A stretch of 35,018 nucleotides of DNA. Source: Paramecium tetraurelia (taxonomy: Eukaryota). How positions within the stretch are numbered: the first letter of the stretch is position 1; each line of letters opens with the position of its first letter. This document shows, piece after piece, positions 1 to 13,999 of the stretch. The notes beneath the pieces were generated by a model that was given only the letters and a program-made list of their open reading frames with translations, was not told the origin of the DNA and searched no databases. Both the position numbers and the translations under genes were made by a program. The DNA is taken from contig CT868050.1 in NCBI GenBank assembly GCA_000165425.1, positions 186,001-221,018 on the forward strand. The letters are read 5' to 3'.

Positions 1-25
1 TACAAACCTAAATAAATAAATTTAA

Positions 26-349
26 ATGGATTTAGAAGACAACGACTTCTTGGCAGATGGCGACAATCGCAATGTGAGATCTCGGAATAAGAACAATAAT
101 AATAAGAGAAACAATATGGTAGAGACAGTGCAAAGAGATTAATAAAAATAAAAAAGGCAGGAACAATAACATAAAGACGAAGAATGGTCAGATGAAGAAG
201 AGAAGAAGAATAATGCCAAGAGGTTGTAACAGTAGGAAAAGAAATTAAAGCAAGCCTAGAAGCAATTAGAATTTAAGAAAGACGAGGAAGAAATGTAACC
301 AAAATTAAAGGGCAAAGAAAAAAGACAAGCTCATATACACGATCTATGA
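26..349 (+). CDS. Hypothetical small charged protein (107 aa), K/E/Q-rich
   Basis: Open in ciliate code from ATG26 (MDLEDNDFLADGDNRNVRS...) to TGA347-349 (...RQAHIHDL*). Confidence 0.7.
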
Positions 350-3020
350 TCATTATTTTAATAATATCAATTCCTTAATTTACTTTACAATGCCTTAAAC
401 TGCCAGACCATGCTCTTCCTGCTCTATCAATTGCTATAGAATGGAATTCTTAAACATGTCTTTAATTTTTATCGAGTCGGACTCTAATAGATAATATAGT
501 ATCTGTAACAAATGTTTGAGGTTCAACTGACTTTAATCCTTCTGAATCAAGAGTTCCAATAGTTATTTCCTAAACAATAGACTAAGTCCAAATTCTTTTG
601 GTAATACTTTAACTAGTGTTGGGTACATGGGAACAGTGTTATTTTTAAAATAAGCCACAAGAATGTCAATGTTTTTGCTTAGAGGGATGCGTTGAGTTTA
701 ATCTAATTCTATTAATTTAACAATTGTATCAAGTAACTTTGTGATATTTAGATTTGTTGTTAATAATCCAACATAAATGCTAATACCTCCATTTTCTTGT
801 AATTTTTATTTGCATCTTTCAGAAGATGTAGCTAATGAGCATAATATGCTAATAGCTGCCTTTTTCATAGAGATTTGGTTTTCTTATTCACTTGGCAATT
901 TAAATAATTCTAGCAATAAAGGAACGCCTTCATAAAGACACAATTCTTCTTATTTATCATGATTCAATTTGGTAAGATAAAATATAATTCTTAGAATATC
1001 TGCAATCATCGGCCCTTAACTTGGTAAGTCCTTCTTTAACAGGGTTAAGGCTCTAGGGATGATAGCGAATCCATCTAAATGTGGTTAAAGATTGGGTTCA
1101 GTGGAGAGATATCTAAATATTTTTATTGTTTTTAGAAGTGCTTATTCCTAATTTTAATTAAGGAAAGTGGCCAATCTGGTAATAACTTCTTTTTCGCAAA
1201 GGGATTGTTTAACTATTTTGTCGTCGCACTTTGCTAAGATCACTAAAATATTCAATGATTTGATCATTAAATTAACATCTATATTTTGAATTTGTTCAGC
1301 AATAAGCACTAGTCTATAAGTGATGAATTTGCTAGTTAAGAGTCTACTAAGATTTCTTTAACTTATAGTATTAAGATCGTATAGTAATATGATAGTGTCT
1401 AATGCTAAACCAATTAAGTCAATGTTATCAGAGATGTCTGATGTGTCAATTAATTCTAGGAGGTTATCCAATCCTCCAATTGAGAGAAGGTATCCTTCTT
1501 TGAAGTAGGTTAACTATCCCAAAAAATAGGCAGCTTCAACTCTTAGTTCTTTATGAAATTCAGATGAAGTGATTTATTGATAAAAGTTAGCTGCTCCCAA
1601 ATAACATGACAATTCTAATAATTAAGGATTCTAATCAACAACAATATTTATTAATTCAAATATCAATTTTAAAATTTATAAAGATTAGGATTAATCTTAT
1701 GAATTATTTTCACAATATAGTGGCATATATTTCTCAATAATTTCCAATAATGATGTTAAACCAGTATGAATGAAATATTCTTTACATTTATCATTGGGAA
1801 TAGTATCTTTTAACTATTCTAAAATTTTAATAATCTAAGAATTATCACTTTGTTCTGTTAATTAAGTGATTAGTTCATTAATTTCTCTCATACTTTTGCC
1901 ATCTTCATTCTAGCCCCAAAATCCATTTTACTTAATTTGATGACTGGTTCTTAATTTAAGCTATCTTAGTGAATCCAATTAAGAATCTCTCACAGCACTG
2001 CTTTTATCTATTTTTCTAGGTGATTAACATTGAACTAATTATGGTACTTACTCAATGAATGAGTCTGTAATAAATGTTCCGAAATTGGATTGATCTACAA
2101 TGTGATTTCTTATAGTATTTGTTACTTCTTCAGGTAGATTGGGGCCTTGAACTATATGCCAACTTTTAGTGATCCATGGATGTTTGAGCATAGTAGTGGC
2201 ATCATCCCTTAAAGTGGGATCCTTTTGGAAACATTGGATTAGAAAGTCTCTGCATTCGTTAGAGATTCCTTCAGGCAAGGGAGGACAATCTCTTTGGACT
2301 ATTTAAAACATTGCAGCATATTATAATCTATCGAAATAGGGTGGATTGCCTGTCAATAACTCTATGACTGTGCATCCAAGTGACCAGATATCACAGGATG
2401 TAGATAGATGTCCTGACATTTCTATTACTTCAGGTGCCATCCAATATGGAGTACCAACTATGTTATTACTTTGTGTCGTATCTTCAGATAAAGTTGTGGC
2501 CACTCCAAAGTCTGCCAATTTAACAGTACTTGATTATCTTATGATTAAAATTACCCATCTTTGGGAGTCAAAATATTGGCACCCTTTATGTCTCTATGGA
2601 CAATTCCTTATTAATGCAAATACTCCAAGCCTTTCAATACTTGTTTAACATAAATGGCTACCAAAGACTCTGGAAATGATCCAAACTTCTTTAGAATGCT
2701 TGCCAAACTGCCACTTTCGATGTATTCAAGAATGATATTTAAAAATTGATCAGTCTCTATACAATCGATGTATTTGACAATATTTTCATGTTTCAACTTC
2801 TTCAATAGATAGATTTCTTGTTGTAATGCTTTATACTGATCTTCTTTCAGTGTGGCTCTTGACACTTGCTTTATTGCCACAAGTGTTCCCTCTATTATTG
2901 TGTGTTTATTACTAATTCCAAATTCAATCCTTTGTACACAGTACCAATCGAACCTCTACCTAGCAAATCGCCTAGCTAGTAATTACCGATCTTCTTCATC
3001 TATCTAGACAATTGAGACAT
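350..3020 (-). CDS. STE-group Ser/Thr kinase, Cdc15/Cdc7(SIN)/MAP3K-epsilon-like, with N-terminal kinase domain and C-terminal helical (ARM-like) region
   Basis: [49 protein letters not shown] and GTPYWMAPE motifs. Short introns near 2891-2912 and 2529-2554. A long Leu-rich helical C-terminus ends ...[16 protein letters not shown] (TGA at 352-350). Confidence 0.9.
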
Positions 3021-3203
3021 TTAATATTATTTAATATATATATATATATAGAAGTGATTGTAAAGAAGCGTGCAGATACAAGATGCATGTAAGCTATCTT
3101 ATATTGAATAATGCCATTACATTAATGTGGCAAACGTAAAAAGGGGCACAAATATTGTAGATTGTGTGTCCAGAGTGTTATTTGCCATTTATTAATTTAA
3201 TTA

Positions 3204-3575
3204 ATGAATTTAATCCCTAACGAGCGCCAGGCTATAGAGCAGCTGAGAGAGGTCAGTGAATTGGAGCCCACTCAATTGAATTGGGGGAAAGACATACTGC
3301 TCTTCAATAGGAATCCCAATAGAAAGCGACGATCCACTACCAGAGAAGGGGAACAGAGGTAACGTCTGCCCCAAGTGAATAAGGTTCCCCTTAAGATGCC
3401 GCTACAGGAGATCTCGCTTAATCAAGACCAATCTACTCCCAATTATTCCAAACTACCACCCCTAATCAAATCAATCAAACCTCATACTGCGAAACCCAAT
3501 TACAATGGCATAATTCTTGGTGCCAATTTTGCACATTTTGAAAGACGGATACTTAAAAAAATCAATTTATCTTGA
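3204..3575 (+). CDS. Hypothetical basic protein (123 aa)
   Basis: ATG3204 MNLIPNERQAIEQLREVSELEP... reads through one TAA(Gln) into the track ORF 3375-3575 and ends at TGA. Confidence 0.7.
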
Positions 3576-3639
3576 ATTTTATACTACTAAATTATGTGTT
3601 TATAAATCCCACATTATATTTTAAAAATTAAACATAAAA

Positions 3640-6387
3640 ATGCAGCCACAATAATTCTTGGATTTGGTTTAATGTGCATTCTTCGAGAGCAATACACAAA
3701 GAAGTTAGGCAGAATAAGTACTACTCAAGTACAAGGATGAATGTCCTGATGAATTCATGGTCTATTGTGCCTAAGCATTCTCTAATCGCGGCATTTAGAA
3801 TCGCATTAGAATAGCTTGCAGTACTTTGGTAAAACGACTAGTGGGATTGATTGTAATAGTCAACTTCTATTGTAGCATCCTCCATCTAATTAAATTACTT
3901 GGTTGGCCTGTTCTTAACAAACTAAGAATGATGTGAAAATGAAGTTCATGGAATAGTTGATTGACCCTGAAAATGAAATTAGAAGATCTGCAGCCAATGT
4001 GAGTCTATCAAACTATCTATTAGACTATAAGTGAAATATGTGCCATAGAATTACCAAGACAAGAATGGCCAGATCTAATTGAACGATTGACAACAAACTC
4101 AAAGCACACTGATATCTTGATTAAGGTGTCAGCCATCATGACATTAGGTTACATTTGCGAAGCATTAGTACGAATCCTAATATCATTTAGAAAACTCATC
4201 AATCTTCAGGTATCTCTAAGAAAGACTCGGAAGTCATATTAATGGGAATTTGTGTAGGAATGGATTTGAATGAGTAGACTTTAGAAATTAGATTGACTGC
4301 AATAAAAGCCTTACAGGATTCATTATATTTTATGAACAACTTGTTTAAATAATAAGTATTTGCACTCACATTTAATTTAGGAAATCTTTTCTTTCGTGAA
4401 GAATTTGATATTGTCCAATGCTGTATGCAACATTCAGGAGATTAAACACAAAGCACTTTAATGTTTGATTGATTTTGTTAAGCAACTCTTCACATATTTA
4501 CCTGTCTACATAAATGAATTATTTTAAGCAACTTAGGCTTCATTTGAAAATCAAGGAGAAATTTCAATAGCAGCAATTGAAATCTGGAATACTATTTGTG
4601 CAGAAATGAAAGAAGAAATCATGTAGAATGGCAATCAATCGACACCTGAAAGTAATGCAGTAGATTGTTGTGTATAATTTTTTAAGAACAATTATGAAGG
4701 ATTCTTACTGCCATTCATGAGAAACCTCTTATTGGATTGTGGAGATGTGGATGATGAATATCAAGGATTGTCAGTCCCTGATTCATCTTGCAAAGGATTA
4801 GCATTTATAATTGATTTTGCTGGAGTCAAAACCTACGAATTAGTCAAAAACTTCATTTAAAACACTCTCTCACACTAGCAATGGGAATACAGAAAAGCCA
4901 GCGTTATGGCATTTGGTGCTTTGGCTGAAGTTCAAACCAAAGAAATAGAAATGCTCATTAAATCTGCTCTGAGTAATCTCTTCTCTTGTTTGGTTGATCA
5001 GAATTTCAAAGTCAAGAAGGCCACAGCTCAAACCTTGAGTAGAGTGGCTGAAAATTACCCATAATGCTTCCATGAACATGATTAAGCTAACCACATGTTG
5101 GCAACCTTATTGGATTAATTGAATAACAAAATACCGATTGTTTAACATCTGATATGGGTCTTTGTTTACCTCACAGAACAACTACAACTCTTTTCCATGA
5201 GTATATTTAACAGAGAGAAATTTAACATATTGTAACATTTGGCAAGCACATCAGTAAGAGCAGATATCAAGAATTCAGAAATAGCAATAATTGACACAGC
5301 TTTCATGGCTATTCTCAATATTATCTATAGTATCACTGATACAAAATCATGCAATGATTACTTGATTGAATTCTTTTAATAAATCTAACGATTAGAGAGT
5401 GGTACATAAGTACCTGTTGAAATTAAATTTCATTTAGAGATGGGATTGATGAGTGCCATGCATGGTTGTGTAGTGAGATTGGATGACTCAACAACTCCAG
5501 AATCTGTATTTGAATCAATCATGAAAACTCTATCAAATGTAGACTCGAGAGTTAAGAATGACTATTTTTATGTACTCTCAGGAATAGCATATGCTTTTAA
5601 AAAGAAATTATCCAAATATTCGTCTTAATTAATAGCGGAACTAAATAAACCCCTTTCTGAACCAGATGACATGGAGAGCTTTAAGACAGCATTGTTCTGT
5701 TTAGCAGATATTGCAAGAGCTATGGAAGAAGAGTTTGTGCCTTATATGAAGATTTTAAATTATTTCTTTGGCTTGATTTAGGTATAAAAAGTATACTAAC
5801 AATTAGAATCCCAATTTTAATAGAGAATTAAAATTATAAGTGTATAATGCCATTGCAGACATAATTTTAGGATTGAAGGATAAGTCTTTCCAATTTTTAG
5901 GTGATCTGAAAGAGATTCTCAAACTAGGATTTGCTGCGAGTATGGATTTGACTAAGAGTTAATAGAATGTGGATTAAGATTATGCAGAGAGATTAAAAGA
6001 GACGATGACTTCATTCTATACTTGTATTTTACACGCTTATTGTGAACCTAATGTGCCTAACTTTGATTTGAGAGACACAGTAGATTGGTTCATAATATTT
6101 TGTACTGATATGTGCAATCTAAAACTAAAACCCACAATTGTATAGACATATAAATTAAATGATAGGAATATGTTAGATTGACTTTGTGTTGTATATTTGA
6201 TTGTTCGCATTTCTTTTAGACAGTGCCAGAGATGAAAATAAAGTTGAAAGACTTCATTACAAGTGATTTTGTGATTGAATTGATCAGGAAGATGAGTCAA
6301 TACAATGACAAAGATTATCAGGAATGTGTTTCATTTGCCAAATAGTTACTAAATGACGTTTATGGATTTTAATTGAAATTGTATTGA
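3640..6387 (+). CDS. Importin beta (karyopherin beta-1-like) HEAT-repeat protein
   Basis: IBN_N-like start (RSQAEQVL), ICAIELPRQEWPDLI, AIMTLGYICE, AAIEIWNTICAE and WEYRKASVMAFGALAE match importin-beta motifs. Several ~22-27 nt introns (e.g. ~3853-3874, ~4356-4380, ~5782-5806). TGA at 6385-6387. Confidence 0.9.
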
Positions 6388-6408
6388 ATTAAATTAATTT
6401 GAATATTA

Positions 6409-6897
6409 ATGGGTAATGTATGTGAACCAAGAGAAGAACTTGAGTGGAATGATAGAACTATTTAACTTCAAAGACGTCTCGAACCAAGAATGTCAATATC
6501 GAGTCCTTATTATGCAAAACTGAAACAAATAGAATCTACATAACATTGTTTGTCTCAATCAGCTCAAGAAAAACAAATTCTCAATCTAGTAGATATTCGT
6601 TAATAAATTGTGTAAGAAATGCTTAATCATGTGGAAACTTGTGGTCATTAAGAATTAGTATCAGCATAAATAATGACTGAAACTCACAATTTCTCATCCT
6701 TTAATTGGATCAATGATTCGAATAGTCATTATGAAAGTTGGAATCCCCAAGATTGTCACACACTCTAAGAAACTACTTGTGATAGAGGAATCCATTTGAA
6801 TGAGTGTATGCGATTATGTTGTCTAAATTTGGAAGCATTTAAATATACAGAATAAGGTAGTGATTATATTTATGTTGCTTTTATTATGAAATATTGA
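6409..6897 (+). CDS. Hypothetical protein (162 aa) with putative N-myristoylation/palmitoylation start MGNVC
   Basis: Intronless ORF in code 6, MGNVCEPREELEWN...YIYVAFIMKY*. Confidence 0.75.
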
Positions 6898-6908
6898 TTA
6901 TACAATTA

Positions 6909-7888
6909 TCATTGCTTCTTTGAATTTGGAAAATACCATTCCTTACCAGGTGTGTAACCCAAAGTAGAATACAACTCTTTGCGTGTTTACATACTATAAA
7001 TCACTATATTTAATAATTTTACTTTTCAACTGAATTAACCTAAGACTCATCCTTCTTCAATTACTTCAAAAATCCATCAATAGCTTTACTGGCAATTCTT
7101 AATGTGGAAACAGGATAGATAACACAATTATAACCCATCTACTCAAATTCTTTTAATGAAATGTACGGAGTCTTTCCAAATTCTGTCATGTTAGCCAATA
7201 AGTAAATGTTTGGATTCTTCGACTTCAATTCCTTTGCCACAACAGCCATTTCTTCTTTTGTGTGTAATCCTTCAGGGAATATCATATCAGCTCCTGCATC
7301 CATATATGCCTTGCTTCTTTTGATACATTCATCCAATCCATGTGTTCCTCTAGCATCAGTACGTGCTATATTGGGGTTAAATCGATGCTTTACCACAAAT
7401 GACAAACTCTCCTCCACTGCATTAGATACTTGCATTTTTGGCTATTTAGATCTTCTTCTCCATAACATCAGATGGAACCAATTCCTTTCCATCCAAATGT
7501 CCACAACGTTTTGGGAACACCTAATCCTCAATATGAAGACCTGAAGCTCCATGTATGAAATATTCCCATACTGTTTTAGAACACATTTCTCCTTCTCCGA
7601 ATCCTGTGTCTGCATCTGCCAGAATCGGTAATCCTGAAGCTAGAGCCACATCCTTGATTGTCTTACAGAATCCATCCAAAGTTACCATACTTAAATACTA
7701 ATAACTAAATTGTACCCAATATCTGGAACTCCACTGGATGCAGTCACAGCAGCACCTGAAATGTACAGGGCCTCAAAACCATTATCTGCACATTGTCTAC
7801 CAGCCATACCATTGTATGCTCCTGGCATCATTAGACATTTCTAAGCTAATAGCTTTCTAAACAATGAGCAATTTTATTTAAATAACAT
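6909..7888 (-). CDS. prpB: 2-methylisocitrate lyase (PrpB-like; isocitrate lyase/PEP mutase family)
   Basis: PGAYN, YISGAA...GVPDIG, DADTGFG, HIEDQVFPKRCGHLDGK, ARTDA, AGADMIFPE and NMTEFGKTP motifs. Introns near ~7690-7715, 7366-7393 and ~6995-7022. Confidence 0.88.
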
Positions 7889-8028
7889 AATAATTTATTA
7901 TTCCAAATGAATTACCACTTATAAATTATAAAATATAATAAATTCTTCTTTAATTTTATATTAATCAATAACTTCTCCCCTAATAACATAATCTATATAA
8001 CGCTTTTTATTAATATTTAATTAACTTA

Positions 8029-8292
8029 ATGGGCTGTTCTGAATCTGTTCCCTTTAAATCATCTCTCACACAAAAATCACAATCAACCATAGATACACCC
8101 TCAACACTTGCTAAATATGTCGTTCCTCTCTCCTCATCTGCCTCCTTTGATAATTTTGACACTTACGAACTCGATGATTAAACCACATCCCATTATTATG
8201 ATGAAATTCAACAGAAAGTCATCACCATACCAAAATTACATTCCATAGATAAATCGATCATTTTTTAAAGAAGAAAGATGCTCAGCTTTTGA
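8029..8292 (+). CDS. Small hypothetical protein (87 aa), putatively N-acylated (MGCS)
   Basis: MGCSESVPFKSSLTQ...IPKLHSIDKSIIFQRRKMLSF*, open in code 6. Confidence 0.7.
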
Positions 8293-10043
8293 TTTATTAG
8301 AATATATTGATTTTATTTATTAGGTAACCAAACCTCTTTACATATTTATTGGTTCTTACTTATAATACTACTTACTCTTCATATATATTACGCTCATGAG
8401 TTCCTTGTGTGGTTTTATGAATATTATCAAGTCATCTTTAGTATTTATTACTCTTTACACTTAAATGTATTTACAACTCTATTATTAAATTGAATTCTAG
8501 AACATGATCTTTACTTAATACCTTTTATGGCTTTTTAATCATTGAATTAAAATTTACAGTACTTTTATAACACACATATAATATTAAAATCCATAATTTT
8601 ACAATTGTTTACTAATATAGCATTCTAACTCTATTTTCGCAGATCAAGTTCATCAACTATTTAGCAATCTGTCTTTTAATGAGAGGGCATTATTTGTTTT
8701 ATGATTTTTGACTCTCTATATCGTTTAAATCAATAGTAAATCATGAAAATAACTTAAATAATTCATTTATTGTTATGGAATGTTTACAATTATACACATC
8801 ATAGGTCTTCTTTTTATTTAAGCCAAGAATCTCTCTAGAAACTTTCAGATCATCTCCAAACTAACCAAACTGAAGAAATATTTTAAATTTATATCACTTT
8901 GAAGATTTGATACAACATAATTGAACATAGACCAAACAAGTTTTCATTTTTATGATATTATTCTCTAAATGTCTGTGGCTGTTCAAAAATTTACATCAAT
9001 TACTAAGACAACTATTATTAAAAGAAGAAGGGATTAAATTATGATATTCTTTCTTAACTATTGCTCTCAATAATTTTACATTTATAAATATAATCAAATA
9101 TCGACAACTTTAAAAGAATAACCTTTTGAAATTCAACCCTTACAATAGAAATCAGATATCTTAACATAAGTTTAGAATTAATTAATAATTGTAACGTTTG
9201 TAAATCTACGAAAGTTTTATAATTTAATTTATCAATTTTTTTACCCTGCCAACTACTTATGATTCTACTCATAACATATTATTTATGACTTCATCATCAA
9301 TATTAAATTGAATATACATGTTGTGAACATTTAAATGTTGAATGAATTAAGGAGCTCTAAAATCATTTGTAGTATTTGATAATCTATTTTCAAAAATTCA
9401 TTCTATTGGTTCAATACCTAGTTTTATTGTCTGTTATTTATCATTTGAATTATGAGAATTTCTATTGATTAATTGTTTCTAAAAGTGCAATAGTGAATTT
9501 AATAAAATAGAATATTATTTTTAATTTATGGTAATCAAGGATATTTTAAATTGGATACTCAATTAATTTAAGGCTCTAATTATTGGATGAAAAATGGAGG
9601 ATTTCAAATCTCAATCAAATAAATGAAATCAAATTTTTAATTGAGTTTTCCAAATGATTATTTTGATTATTAATATGTACTGAAACTTTAATTATATATC
9701 GATTTCTACCTAAAAATTTGAAAAATGTGCTGTTTCGATGTCATCACAACTTATGAGTTGATATTTGTAAATACAATATGATAATTGAAGATGTTTAAAA
9801 AATGGAAGTGACAGACAAATTGATTAATTTATATTCAATTATGATAAAAATTAAACGAAAAAATTTATTGAGGGTATTGAAATCTATTTTGTATATTCAC
9901 AGTTGAGAATTGAATATATAAGTCTCATATAATAAATATTTTTTACCCATTAATTCTTAATTTAAGAATTGATTAATCTTATAATGATGATCATATATAG
10001 GATCACTCGTGAAAGTAACAAAGAAGTGGGATATTTAAAAAAA

Positions 10044-10364
10044 TCATATTTTTTTCAAGTTAAAGAATGTTGGGTTAACCCACATTAAGTTAGGCCTTGA
10101 TGTAATGAGTTGTTTGGTTTGCTTTGAAATAGTAAGGGCGGGTTCATCCTTACTAAATTGGCATAGGACAATATCTAGATTGAATCTCACTCTTTTCTTA
10201 AGTTTTAGTTTATGATTGGGTTTGTGATAAATGAATTGGGAGGTTGATATGTCGTCTTTGGGCATAGATTCCGAATAGTAATCATCTAAGCATTCGAGAT
10301 CATCATTTGTTTGATTCTGATAATCTGAAATCGGGATCTAAAATATTGACTTTGGACCTATCAT
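10044..10364 (-). CDS. Small hypothetical protein (106 aa) with KKRVRF (RVxF, PP1-docking-type) motif
   Basis: Extends the track ORF 10044-10265 upstream in code 6 to ATG10364 (MIGPKSIFQIPISDYQN...). Confidence 0.7.
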
Positions 10365-10531
10365 TTGAAAATGATATATTTTTTTATGTTTCCAAATATT
10401 TTCTTTTGCTCTATATTAGATAAAATGAATATCTGCGAATATCTGATTAATTATTTAGGTTGTTGATATATAATTGACAATAAAACATGCATTGCAGTAT
10501 TTAAATAATAATAGTTAATATAAATATAAAA

Positions 10532-12524
10532 ATGGGCAATTGCAATTCTTATGATAAAATAACCTTATTGAGTGGAAGACTTAAGCAGATGAAATTGCTT
10601 ACTGACAGAGGAGACTACACTATCTATGAACACATCTAAGAGGAGAAATAATATGAATATTGGGTATGGAAGTCAGAACAAGACACTTTTGAAGAAGCTG
10701 AATTGACTGCTTAAGATTTTCAATCATGCGAATCAATAACCAAAATCTGTTATCACTCGAGAGGTTATATATCTGAAACCTTTACTAAACAATACATATT
10801 CGCCATGCTTATGGAACATCCTTCCTACAATTTATGGGAGTATTTAAATAGATAAAAAATACTCTCCTAAAATTAGATCATAAATATTGTAGTTAACATC
10901 ATAGAAGCATAAAGAATATTAAGAGATAGTTATTAATATTTGGGGTTCTAAAATATATATACGAAAGATGGGAATCACTGGATGCTTAAACCTTTCTAAT
11001 AAAAAAAATCTTTTGTGACCAATAATAAACAATTTGAAGGCTACCCAGCTCCAGAAGAGTTTATCAATACTAAATTTGATGTCGAAAGAGCTACTATTTT
11101 TGGTTTTGGGATGTTGTTGTTACATTTAATTTTAAGTACTTCTTTGCTCTAATTTAAACTTAGATAAAAGTAATCAGGATCTATATAAGGCATCTAGAAT
11201 TGACGAGAATGCTTTGAGCATTAGAATCCAAGAATTATTATAGAAGAAAAATTATGATCAAGAGTTCTTAAAAATAATTGTTTAGATGTTAAACATTGAT
11301 CCGAATTATAGACCTGATTATACAAAGTTAGTTATTTTATTAGCAATCAAAAACATTGGATTGTCCTCTCAATAATAGAATAAGTTGTCATAAGTTTTAA
11401 ATCAAAGTTAAAGCAGCAAGAAAAGTGGAATCCTTAATGGATTGGTGTCAGTGCCTCTAGAAAAAGAGAAATATATCATCAAATTACTTAACAGTCAATA
11501 ATAGATTTAAAAAATAGATGAAGAAATAGAGGAATCGATGAGTATTTATTTATTTTACTTATTTAGATTCTGCAAATAAATAAGTTGACGAAGTCATAAA
11601 TGCATACTCTGTTATTTATTATAATAATCATTAAATTTTGAATGAAGCCTTTGATTACAATGATTTTACAAATGTTATGAATTATGCAACTAGATATGAG
11701 GGATAAGTTAAAAATAAAAAGTATAAATATATTTAAAATAAAGAAAACATGGTCCAGGAACATTGTATTTATCAAACAATGAATATTTTTAAGGGAACTT
11801 TGTAAATGATTTGATAGAAGGTTAAGGGCAATTCTATACTCTCAATAAGAGTACAATAAGAGGAGTATGGAAGGCTCACAGACTTTAAGAGAGGCTATCG
11901 ATTTCTAGATTCAAACCCTTATTCTAGTAACATTAATAAATGAGTGATAAATGTAATGTGAGAACACAGGTTTAAAGTGTAGTAGATGATGTAGCTGAGG
12001 AAATATGTTATTCAAATGTTGCTCCGATATTTGATGCATCTACTTAGTTTCATTATGATAATAAATAATATAAATCACAATCGAGTGATCAAATTACATT
12101 TCATTCAACTGTAGATTTAAATAATCGCAGATAAGGTAAATCTCATAACTAATCTTAGGTTACATATCAAATGAAGAAGGAATGGTCATATATGCTGGCC
12201 TGTTTTGTGGTGATCTATATGATGGTTATGGAGTACTCAAGAATCTTAATCACGAATAGATTGATCTTGTAGATCATATGGATTTAAATGTAGCTGGAAA
12301 AGCATGGGTTAAATATGATGGCTAATTCAAAATGGGAAAGTACATAATTATAAATATAATTTAGAAAAAATGGGAATGGTACTCTACACTTTTCTGATAA
12401 GAGTATCTTTTAGGGAAAATTTTAAGATGATTAAATTTCTGGAATGGGATAATTTATTAATTCAAAAAATGAGGTGATAAATGGTAGATGGATAAATGGA
12501 TTATATCAATAAGAATCTAAATGA
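10532..12524 (+). CDS. N-acylated pseudokinase with C-terminal MORN repeats
   Basis: MGNCNS start. Kinase-like C-lobe (MLMEH, YPAPEE, IFGFGMLLL, MLNIDPNYRP) lacks HRD and DFG. MORN repeats include YEGQVKN..KHGPGTLY, FKGNFVNDLIEGQG and YAGLFCGDLYDGYG. Several short introns; TGA at 12522-12524. Confidence 0.8.
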
Positions 12525-13999
12525 TTTTTTTGACTCAATTTTGGATTTTATACTCTATATATAACATTTATTAAGATAATTAAGATATTTAACACAACAA
12601 TTGAAATCTAAGGGAAAGCGAAAATTAAAAATAAACTATTTTCTATCAAATTTGGAGATCTAGGGTAACCTTCTTGTTAAAGAATGCAGTTTATACGTTA
12701 GATTAATACCCTGTTTAGTTCGCTATCTAGAGACTTTAGAAGCAAAACTTTGATATCCATTTTGATATTATAATATTTAAATATATTTACACAGTTATAA
12801 ATTGATTTAATAGAACTCCTCTATAGAGTAATTCTAATAATTCAATTAATGGATTTTTGTTCATTTTTTCATTGATCCATTATTAGCAATTATTATTTAG
12901 TATTTTTGTAAATTGATTAATTTTATTCACTCTTAAATTGTATGGATCAATATAAGCCTGAATTTTAATCTTGAATTTTGATAAGATTTTCACATAAAAA
13001 TAATTTAAAAATGAAGTATTAAAGCTATACATTATATTTAAATCAATTCAATTTTATTTCTATTTATTGTCAATTAGCTTGCAAGAACCTAGAATTAGTT
13101 GAATCAATGTACAAGCTTAGGGAGTCTATATTTTCATACAACAATACTTTAAATTATAATTCTTCATTAATAATGTAAAAGTTTTTCATCTTTCTCTATT
13201 TCTGTTACAAAGGAATTTTATAAATACTATTTTTTTGAGTTCTTAAGAGCATTTCATTATTAGAATTTAAATAACCTTATCTTCCAACTGATAAATTATG
13301 GCTAATCGGTTAATTCTTTCATTTATAATTAAAATAAATTCAGGATTTGGTTCATCATATATATTTTACAATAATTCTTTGTCATTTTCAAAAATACATA
13401 TCTTAGGATAATATTGAATAATTGATAATAGATTATTCAATAGTAGGTCTGAGATCAATTTTTAATTTCCTTTATAAAAAATAAAGAAGTATCAGTAATT
13501 GAAGAAACAACTTATAATTTATAAAAATAAGGAAAATAATAAGATTTTTCTTCAGACTAATTAAAAGGAATTGATATTTCATTAGGTTTTCAATAAATTA
13601 TTCAATTATTATTGTCTAATCTTATTTGTTTGAACAAGAAAAGATTATAATGCAAGTCAATTTAAATCTAAAATTTAAACGTAAAATCATTTATCTTATT
13701 TTATGATTAGAAATATAAAGAAAGTGAATGTTTATGGGTAATAGTTCTGAAGTCAAATTGCTCTTCTTAAAACATGGTGAATTTCCTCCTCTTAAACAAA
13801 GAATAAAATAAGTTATCGAGTAAACTAGAGTAAATTTGACTCATTTTAAGCATAATGAAATTTTCTAATCCAAAAACAGAAAAAATAATCTTTACAATTT
13901 CGCTTATTTATCAAATCAATAACACAAATGAAAATAATATCATTTAAGGAAATACTAAATGAAATTTAATAGTTCTAAAGAAAAGAGAATTGAGAATTC

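Noticed and set aside
3034..3050. (TA)n microsatellite upstream of the kinase
   Set aside because: Short and common in AT-rich intergenic DNA; no evidence of function.
8600..9480. Possible minus-strand gene
   Set aside because: Coding-like patches exist but TGAs interrupt the frames I traced and no motif is recognisable; at most a decayed gene.
12600..13990. Possible plus-strand gene or 3' part of the LINE
   Set aside because: Only short broken frames with no diagnostic motifs; cannot be assigned.
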